A stretch of 54,398 nucleotides of DNA, from assembly GCA_037127655.1 (NCBI GenBank), contig JBAXXY010000003.1, forward strand, positions 1-54,398, given 5' to 3'. Every line of letters starts with the position of its first letter. Position 1 is the first letter of the stretch. The notes beneath the pieces are model-generated. The model was not told the DNA's origin. It did not search any database and worked only from the letters and a program-made list of their open reading frames with translations. This DNA is from Lentisphaerota bacterium (GTDB lineage Bacteria > Verrucomicrobiota > Lentisphaeria > Victivallales > GWF2-38-69). The translations under genes and the position numbers were made by a program. This document shows positions 47,538-54,398 of the stretch, in pieces.

Positions 47538-49133
47538 TTAATTATTGCCACCTGACCAGTCTTCTTCGGAAAGGTCAGTTATTCCTGTAGGATTTTTATC
47601 CTTAACTATTTTTTCCACCTTAATTACCATACCAGTAGAGTACAGATCTCCTGTTTTGAGGGATTGAGCTTTTTGATATTCTTCAAGAGCCGCGCTGTAG
47701 TTCTGGGTATTATATGCATCATCGCCTTTGGCTATGGCTTCTTTGTAAGCTTTGTCCATATTTACTATTGACTCCATCAGCGACTTGGTTCTAGCTAGCT
47801 GGTCTGTAGCATATTGGTCTTTAGGGATATATCCCAGGGCTTCGTTATATTTATTGTAAGCATTGGCCAAGTCTCCTTCGGTGTAATATTTATCGCCTTG
47901 GGTTACTGCCGTTTCGTATTTACCTTTATTTATTTCTAGCTGCCTGACCATCTCAGATTGTTTCTGCTGTTGGAGTTTCTGTTTTTCCAGAGCCTGTTCT
48001 CTTTCTTGAGCTTCTCTTTTCTTCTGATCTCGCTGCTGTTTTTTTCTGTCTTTGGATATTATGGCCGTAGATTTATCCATTGGGAGATTTTCCCAGACAG
48101 CTATAAAGAGTGACGGGTAATCGTTAACTCCATATATCTTCATCTGGCTTGAGAAAACAGCCTGCTCGGATGGAGAAAGAGTATCACTTGCTTTGTCTAT
48201 ACCGGTAAATCCGCTCAGGTATAGATATTTCTTGATATATCTGATTTGTCTTCCGGTCGGCATAGTTTCGATATTGTCCTTGAGCCTTGTTACCATCGTC
48301 TTATCTGTAGAAGCGCCTTTTATGCACTTCCAGTAGGGAACGGAGAAATATTTGCCAAGGAGTTCGACAGTGCTTAACTCCACAAGGAATCTAAGAGCGG
48401 CATAAATGCCCTGCTTTGTTTTAACTTCAGACTCAAATGATGCGCTGAAGTCCATGTATGAGGCTGAGACAGCCCATCCAAGTCTGTCTTGCCTTATAAC
48501 GATGGCATTTGAAGCAAGGACTCCAGGGAAAAATGACTGGGTTTTGTAACTTCTCATATTCAAATCGAGAGTGATTCTAGAGACATTCATTCCGGCGCTG
48601 TATCTTGCGCTTGCTGATGCTCCTGCCCAGCCGCCTGCGATATCTCCTTCGCGTTCTTTCTGAATCAGGTCTTTATCTACGCCTGTTATTCCGCCTGAAA
48701 TTACGGCATCGGGATAAATTCTCTGTATTGTTCCGCCTGTGGTAGCCTCATTTATTATATATTGTGTGTCGTAAGGAACGAAGACAACTTCTCTGCCTAC
48801 CTTATTAATAGCAGTTGAAAGCATTACATAAAGGTCATTCGGGACTCCTTTGTCCGCTGTCTCATTGCCAATATTCTGGCTTTGGATCGGAGTAGGGGCT
48901 ATATCGTAAGCTATAAGCATCTGTCCAAGATTTATAAGAGCCTCGTCCATGATCGTTTCTCTTTTAAAAGCCTGCATCTGGTCGTCGAGTTCCTTAACTT
49001 CCTTGTCATCAACTTTGCCTTGAATCCATCCGCATGAACTTAATAATAATATTAAAGCTACTGCGACTAATCCTTTTAATCCCATCATCTTCCAGTTCCT
49101 ATACTTTTCGCTATTCACTTTTAATTTTTTCAC
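47538..49133 (-). CDS. CsgG/HfaB-like outer-membrane lipoprotein with coiled coil and TPR-like tail
   Basis: Lipobox LSSC; ISGGITGVDKD, TLDLNMRSYKT, LRFLVELSTVELLGKYFSVPYWKC; two GDxxY...A...Y..A TPR-like units; true start may be a slightly downstream ATG. Confidence 0.7.
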   Translation of the reverse strand: MKKLKVNSEKYRNWKMMGLKGLVAVALILLLSSCGWIQGKVDDKEVKELDDQMQAFKRETIMDEALINLGQMLIAYDIAPTPIQSQNIGNETADKGVPNDLYVMLSTAINKVGREVVFVPYDTQYIINEATTGGTIQRIYPDAVISGGITGVDKDLIQKEREGDIAGGWAGASASARYSAGMNVSRITLDLNMRSYKTQSFFPGVLASNAIVIRQDRLGWAVSASYMDFSASFESEVKTKQGIYAALRFLVELSTVELLGKYFSVPYWKCIKGASTDKTMVTRLKDNIETMPTGRQIRYIKKYLYLSGFTGIDKASDTLSPSEQAVFSSQMKIYGVNDYPSLFIAVWENLPMDKSTAIISKDRKKQQRDQKKREAQEREQALEKQKLQQQKQSEMVRQLEINKGKYETAVTQGDKYYTEGDLANAYNKYNEALGYIPKDQYATDQLARTKSLMESIVNMDKAYKEAIAKGDDAYNTQNYSAALEEYQKAQSLKTGDLYSTGMVIKVEKIVKDKNPTGITDLSEEDWSGGNN

Positions 49134-49997
49134 TTATTCTATATATGTATTGACTTTCTTTACCTTGCTATTTTTATCTATAACTGTATTTCCTACATCG
49201 CTATTTCCTCTGCCTTTTTCGGCAGCTTTTCTTTCATTCTTGTTCACATAATTATATTTTGTACCGTCAGGAGCAACTCCACCTTCATCATCGTAATATT
49301 TGGCCATATGCTTTGTTTTTGCAGTTTGCCCGACTTTGCCGCCTTTTCCTATGGTAGTATTTACTTCTCTGACATTATCGCTATTGATAACTACATTGCC
49401 TATTCCGCCTGACTCGCCGACAGTCGCTCCGCCTGGAGTTACTGTAGCTTTGCCGCCGCTTACATATACGCTGCCGATACTTACAGCCTTATTCTTTGCG
49501 TTGACAGCCGTACTTACATTGGTAGTAATTTTCTTATTTTCAATATCACCTTTAACCGCGCCGACATCCACAGTGGAGTTCTGAGCGTTGATTGTGGCAT
49601 TAACATTTGTTGAAATTTCAGAATTTTTAATGCTTGAAGCTGATACGCCAGTAGTGACACTTGAAGAGCTCGCGTCGATATTTACATTGGAACTTGTCGA
49701 TACTGAAGAGTTTCTGATGGTAGCGCCTCCTGCGTTCAATCCGGTATTTACCCTGGATCCGTTTCTGGCAGTAACACTTCCGCTTGTATCATTTGTGATA
49801 ATAGCGTTATTGATATTGGCTGTAGGGATATTTATGCCTGTATTTATTTTAGAATTATCTGTAGCGGTAAAATCGCCGCTGACAGTATTGGTGATGATAG
49901 CGTTCTGTACCGTGGCTCCGGCGCCGCTGCTGGGTGGGAGGGCAAGAACTAAACTGCAAATGGAAAACAAGACAAAAAGAGACAATACCTTAAACAT
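49134..49997 (-). CDS. Secreted repeat protein with degenerating repeats and charged tail (putative nucleator/anchor)
   Basis: Signal VLA|LPP; NAIITNT...DNSKINTGI repeats, then a Lys-rich non-repeat C-terminus. Confidence 0.72.
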   Translation of the reverse strand: MFKVLSLFVLFSICSLVLALPPSSGAGATVQNAIITNTVSGDFTATDNSKINTGINIPTANINNAIITNDTSGSVTARNGSRVNTGLNAGGATIRNSSVSTSSNVNIDASSSSVTTGVSASSIKNSEISTNVNATINAQNSTVDVGAVKGDIENKKITTNVSTAVNAKNKAVSIGSVYVSGGKATVTPGGATVGESGGIGNVVINSDNVREVNTTIGKGGKVGQTAKTKHMAKYYDDEGGVAPDGTKYNYVNKNERKAAEKGRGNSDVGNTVIDKNSKVKKVNTYIE

Positions 49998-50112
49998 AAA
50001 ATTCCCCTTTTTTTGTGTATATCAATAGATTATCAACCTAACAATATTGTTTTCTTGGCATGGTAAGTTTTAATATAGATAATCATCAAAATCAACAAAA
50101 CAAGGAGATATT

Positions 50113-50469
50113 ATGACATCTAAGGCAAAAAAATACTCAATAATAAGCGCAATACTATTGCTGGCAGTAGTTTCTAGCTACATTTACGCTCAGATGCCGG
50201 CTCTGGCACAGAATATAACTTCGAATATAAGCACTACCAGATACATTCTTTTCGGTGGGGCTTATGATGTTAATGGCTCGAGCAATTCAGCTAATTCAGT
50301 TTTTAAACTCGACACTTATACTGGAAATGCCTGGATGCTTGCTTCAAGCAAGGATGCCAAAGGTAAAGTAAAAAATATATGGGTAGCAGTTGATAACCCG
50401 CCGGATCCCCAGACTATAATTCCTGAAGAACAACCTCAAATCAAAGAACTTGATGATAGCAACGATTAG
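50113..50469 (+). CDS. Small exported hypothetical protein
   Basis: AAGGAG RBS, signal peptide, VFKLDTYTGNAW. Confidence 0.7.
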   Translation: MTSKAKKYSIISAILLLAVVSSYIYAQMPALAQNITSNISTTRYILFGGAYDVNGSSNSANSVFKLDTYTGNAWMLASSKDAKGKVKNIWVAVDNPPDPQTIIPEEQPQIKELDDSND

Positions 50470-50493
50470 CTCTGGCACAGTTTTAGGCAAAGA

Positions 50494-52380
50494 ATGAAAA
50501 TAAAATTTTCCATTTTTATTTCTTCCATTTTTCTGTTTGTTTCCATTAATGCCTTCTCTCAGGAGAATCTGCCATGGCTGGCAGTTCACGATTTTACCGT
50601 TTCTGAACAGCTTGCTGACAAAGGAATCAATGGCTGGAAACTTGCCGAACAGCTCGAGGGGGCTCTTGCCCAGGACGGGATGTACAGGATTGTTACCAGA
50701 GCCAAGATAGCAAAAGTCCTTAAAGAAAAGAACATCTCTTCTTCTTCGACTATTGATGCCTCTGCGATGGGCGGGATGGTAGGAGCAGACTATATCGTTA
50801 CTGGAAGCATCACAAATAACGAGAATAGAATCACGCTTTCGGCAAAGCTTATCGATGTTAAGAAAGAAGCAGGCGAAATAGAGAAAAGTTATGATTTTTC
50901 AGTTACAGGAGATACACTTGACGACGCAATAAAAAAACTCCCTGACCTTTACGATGAAATGGCTACAAGAATAACTATGACTCCCGGGGAACTTTTCGAC
51001 CAGAGTTTACGCTATTTCGACCAGCATAACTATTCAAAAGCCGCCAAGGATTTCAGAGAGCTCAAAAAACAAGTTGATGCCCCAAAAATCAAAGCTCTTA
51101 TTCTTACAAATGAGAACATTCCCATGACAAATGATCCGACGCTTGTTACGCCTGGAAAACTGCTTGACTACGGTCTTAAAATGATGAATGAAGGCAATAA
51201 TAACGAGGCTATTTCTGCTTTTAAGAAAATCAGGACTTTTAAAGATGTAAGAAGTATCACTGAAATTGACTCTCTGATAACAGAAGCCGAGCAGGCCGGA
51301 CTTAAACAGAATGCTGATATTGAAAAGGCCATAGCTATGGCGGCTGAACTTCTGCGAGCTGCAAAAGACCGAAATTCATCAAAAGATCCTGCTCAAATTC
51401 TGGATGAAGCATCAGGAATGCTTGAATCTATCCTTTACAATCCCAATCTTCCGCTGACACCAGATGATAAGAATCAGATAGAAGCGCTTCTTAAAAATAT
51501 CAAGGATTCCAGAAAGGGAATGTATGCAGGCCCTGCTTTGGGAAAAGAGTGGCTTGTTCCAGATGTGAATATAGCATTGCTTCCTATTCCGAAAGGAACT
51601 TTCGTGATGGGGACAGAGTCAATTCCTGCAGAAGGCGAAGCGGCAGATAGTATTGCTCATAGTGTAACTATCAGCAAACCTTTCTGGATGGGAAAATACG
51701 AAATTACAATCGGAGAGTACCTGTTCTTTTTAAACGATATAAGAGCTAACACCTCTCTTTCTAAAAAAGTCGATGAAGGGATAAACTGGGCATCTGATTT
51801 CACGCCGATAGAAAAAGATTACACGATGAAGAGCGGAATCGGAATGACTTGGGGCGATAAGAACCAACCCATGGTGGGAATAAACCATATTGCCGCCAAT
51901 GAGTTCTGCAAATGGCTGACTGCAAGAGAAAGGAATGCCAAACGACTCCAAAAAGGCTATGTTTACAGACTCCCTACCGAAGCGGAATGGGAGTATGTAT
52001 GCAGAGCAGGGAGTGTCGGCAATTATCATATTTCCGAGGGAGCAGGCGAATACGCTCTTGATGAATATGCCTGGCATAGCGGGACAAGCGAGCAAAAAAC
52101 AGCTGTCGCAGGTAAAAAGAAACCTAATCCTTGGGGTTTGTATGACCTTCACGGCAATGTCTGGGAATGGTGCAATGACTGGTATGAAGGAGCTTATCTG
52201 CCTGATGAAGTCACTGATCCTGTCGGACCGGGTTCATCGTCTGAAAACCTCAAAGTAGCAAGGGGCGGTTCGTTTACAAGCGATCCTTCAGATCTTAAGT
52301 CGTACATCAGATATTCCCTTCCTTATAAAACATCAAAGAAGAATGTAGGCTTCCGAGTGGTCTGCGCTCCTGAGATTTAA
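50494..52380 (+). CDS. Exported CsgG/FlgO-like domain + TPR-like + FGE-sulfatase-fold protein
   Basis: LAVHDF...GADYIVTGSI...LSAKLIDV; FVMG, YRLPTEAEWEYVCRAG, PNPWGLYDLHGNVWEWC, RGGSF, GFRVV. Confidence 0.85.
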   Translation: MKIKFSIFISSIFLFVSINAFSQENLPWLAVHDFTVSEQLADKGINGWKLAEQLEGALAQDGMYRIVTRAKIAKVLKEKNISSSSTIDASAMGGMVGADYIVTGSITNNENRITLSAKLIDVKKEAGEIEKSYDFSVTGDTLDDAIKKLPDLYDEMATRITMTPGELFDQSLRYFDQHNYSKAAKDFRELKKQVDAPKIKALILTNENIPMTNDPTLVTPGKLLDYGLKMMNEGNNNEAISAFKKIRTFKDVRSITEIDSLITEAEQAGLKQNADIEKAIAMAAELLRAAKDRNSSKDPAQILDEASGMLESILYNPNLPLTPDDKNQIEALLKNIKDSRKGMYAGPALGKEWLVPDVNIALLPIPKGTFVMGTESIPAEGEAADSIAHSVTISKPFWMGKYEITIGEYLFFLNDIRANTSLSKKVDEGINWASDFTPIEKDYTMKSGIGMTWGDKNQPMVGINHIAANEFCKWLTARERNAKRLQKGYVYRLPTEAEWEYVCRAGSVGNYHISEGAGEYALDEYAWHSGTSEQKTAVAGKKKPNPWGLYDLHGNVWEWCNDWYEGAYLPDEVTDPVGPGSSSENLKVARGGSFTSDPSDLKSYIRYSLPYKTSKKNVGFRVVCAPEI

Positions 52381-52438
52381 CTTATTTTAGAGAAAACTCA
52401 AATGATGCAAAAAGGTTAATTCAAAACAAGCGCTAACT

Positions 52439-54398
52439 ATGGGAAACACCCCAAATAAATCAGAAAAATCTCTTAATCTGCGCCAGAAGACTGAAGAGGA
52501 GCTTTTCTGGAAAACAAAGGCGCTCGAAGCTATTTTTGAGAGCTCGCCGTACATCATGGTGCTTGTCAATGAAGAAGGCCGGATTACCGCCATTAACCGT
52601 ATGGGAATCCAATTCTCCGGCAGGAGCCGTAATGAACTGCTTGGCCTGCTTGGAGGTCAAGTATTTGGATGCGTTAATTCCAACGGGCTCCAATGCGGTA
52701 AAGGCGAAGCGTGCGAGCTCTGTCCCGTGCGTAGCCGGGTGATGCATACTTTTAAAACAGGTGAAGCCGTCTATGAAGGCACAGGACGCCTGGATGTCAA
52801 AAAGGGTGGGCTCAGTGAGAGGTTCGATATTCTAGTATCCACTACGCTCATACAAAATGTCGAAGGGAGGCAAGTATTAGTCACCATCGCGGACATCACC
52901 GAGCGCAAGAAAGCCGAGGAGGCGCTAAAGGAGAGTCATGAGCTGTTATTTCAATATATTAGACAATCACCTTTGTACACCTATATCAAAGAGGTTACGC
53001 CCACCGAAAGTCGTGTGTTGCAAGCCAGCGATAATTTTAAAGAGATGATCGGCTTCTCTGGTTCTGATATGCTTGGCAAAACTATGACAGATCTGTTTCC
53101 CGCCGAATTTGCAGCGAAGATTACAGCCGACGACTTATCAGTCGTGGCCAATGGTAAGATGCTGAAATTAGATGAGGATTTTAATGGTCGAAACTATACC
53201 ACGCTCAAGGTACCGATTGTTATCGGAGATAGAACTTGGCTTGCTGGATACACCACTGACATTACCGAACGCAGGAAGGCGGAGGAAGAGCTGAAAGCGG
53301 CTTATGAAAGATTAGAAGATAAGATTAGAGAAAGGACAAATGAATTACAGCAAGTCAATGATGCGCTAATTATTAGTGAAGCGAGGCTTAGAGCTACATT
53401 GGATCAGACGCCAAATGTGGCTATTCAGTGGTACGATGAAAGCGGGGAGATTCTTTACTGGAATCCAGCATCTGAAACTGTTTACGGGTGGGAAAAATCA
53501 GAAATTATAGGCAAAAAAATCGGTGAAACTATTCTGACACCAGAAGATGCCGAAGAGTTTTGTCGCATTATTCGTGGCATAAGAAATACTGGAAAACCTT
53601 TTGGCCCTTATGAAACGATGGTTAAAAGAAAAGACGGGAGTATCGGTTTGGTAATAGCAACAATATTTGCAATCCCAAGAGAAGATGGAAAGATGGATTT
53701 TAGTTGTATGGATGTGGACATTACCGAGCGTAAAGAGCTGGAGCAGAAACTCATTATTTCCGAGAAGATGGCATCAATAGGGAATTTTACTTCAAGTCTG
53801 GGACATGAAATCAACCAGCCACTGGGGGCGATACTTCTCACAAGCGAGCTCCTAAATTCCTCAGTGGAGAAAAAAGACTACGATAAAGTAGATAAATGCT
53901 CTAAAATGATCAGAGAGCAGATTAAGCGTATTAATAGCATGGTTTTTTCTCTGAAAACTTTCTCAAATGAAAATTTAGAATTCAAGTATGAAACTGTTGA
54001 CCTAAATGAAGCTATAAAGTTTGCTACTTCATCAGTTATGGATCAAATTCAAGAGAAAGGAGTGGATCTGAGTCTTGAGCTTTCTGAAGAGAAACCATTT
54101 ATTTCAGGTGAAGAGGTTGCCATAGAAAGAGTGATTACAAATATTATCAGCAACGCAATCTGGGCAGTGGAGTCTAATACTGATGCAAAGAAGATATATG
54201 TCCGCAGTTTTATTGAAAAGAATGAATGTATAATTACTGTCGCAGATAATGGCAAAGGAATATCGAAGGAGATTGAGGGGAAGATTTTTGAACCGTTCTT
54301 TACGACGAAAGAAGTAGGTAAAGGAACCGGATTAGGTTTGTCAATAAGTTACGGTATAATGAAAAGGCATAAAGGATCAATATCAGTCGGATCTGAGA
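52439..54398 (+). CDS. Multi-PAS sensor histidine kinase, runs off the window end (absent from ORF track)
   Basis: Translated from ATG 52439: three PAS/PAC domains ending [15 protein letters not shown]-box, [25 protein letters not shown], all in one frame. Confidence 0.9.
   Translation, partial: MGNTPNKSEKSLNLRQKTEEELFWKTKALEAIFESSPYIMVLVNEEGRITAINRMGIQFSGRSRNELLGLLGGQVFGCVNSNGLQCGKGEACELCPVRSRVMHTFKTGEAVYEGTGRLDVKKGGLSERFDILVSTTLIQNVEGRQVLVTIADITERKKAEEALKESHELLFQYIRQSPLYTYIKEVTPTESRVLQASDNFKEMIGFSGSDMLGKTMTDLFPAEFAAKITADDLSVVANGKMLKLDEDFNGRNYTTLKVPIVIGDRTWLAGYTTDITERRKAEEELKAAYERLEDKIRERTNELQQVNDALIISEARLRATLDQTPNVAIQWYDESGEILYWNPASETVYGWEKSEIIGKKIGETILTPEDAEEFCRIIRGIRNTGKPFGPYETMVKRKDGSIGLVIATIFAIPREDGKMDFSCMDVDITERKELEQKLIISEKMASIGNFTSSLGHEINQPLGAILLTSELLNSSVEKKDYDKVDKCSKMIREQIKRINSMVFSLKTFSNENLEFKYETVDLNEAIKFATSSVMDQIQEKGVDLSLELSEEKPFISGEEVAIERVITNIISNAIWAVESNTDAKKIYVRSFIEKNECIITVADNGKGISKEIEGKIFEPFFTTKEVGKGTGLGLSISYGIMKRHKGSISVGSE

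Noticed and set aside
50055-50070. Sigma-54 promoter at TTGGCATGG (also TGGCACAG near 50474)
   Set aside because: No TTGC -12 element at the required spacing
51540-52380. DGR target gene
   Set aside because: FGE/CLec-type fold is present, but I saw no reverse transcriptase or template repeat in the window

Overview
AT-rich bacterial chromosomal window from a diderm; the gene style suggests a PVC/Lentisphaerae-like host, which is inference only. The left two-thirds hold housekeeping and signalling genes: truncated corA, alkaline and acid phosphatases, a histone-like protein, parvulin, trxB, an amidase, uvrA, a hybrid kinase, HD-GYP proteins, a CP-ATP-grasp/alpha-E/transglutaminase operon, murJ, a fused restriction-modification enzyme, an NCS2 permease, MscS and a spermidine-synthase-like membrane protein. 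The standout is a ~16 kb locus (36620-52380) that looks like an undescribed curli-like surface-fibre/secretion system. It encodes two CsgG/HfaB-like lipoproteins and four secreted proteins made wholly or largely of a non-curlin 32-34 aa Asn/Ser/Thr/Ile repeat. It also encodes a large effector-like protein carrying the same repeat at its C-terminus, a Sec-exported Rhs/YD cage lacking protease motifs and toxin, a tandem LPP20/FlgP-like protein and a divergent CsgG-like/FGE-fold protein. Other notable items: a sigma-54 promoter followed by a C-rich-loop hairpin RNA, a triple-tandem membrane-fusion-protein module, a two-gene islet bounded by a duplicated gene 3' end, REP doublets (one inside a coding frame), two pseudogenes and a fold-back artefact at the left end. 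All family assignments come from motif recognition by eye, not from database searches.
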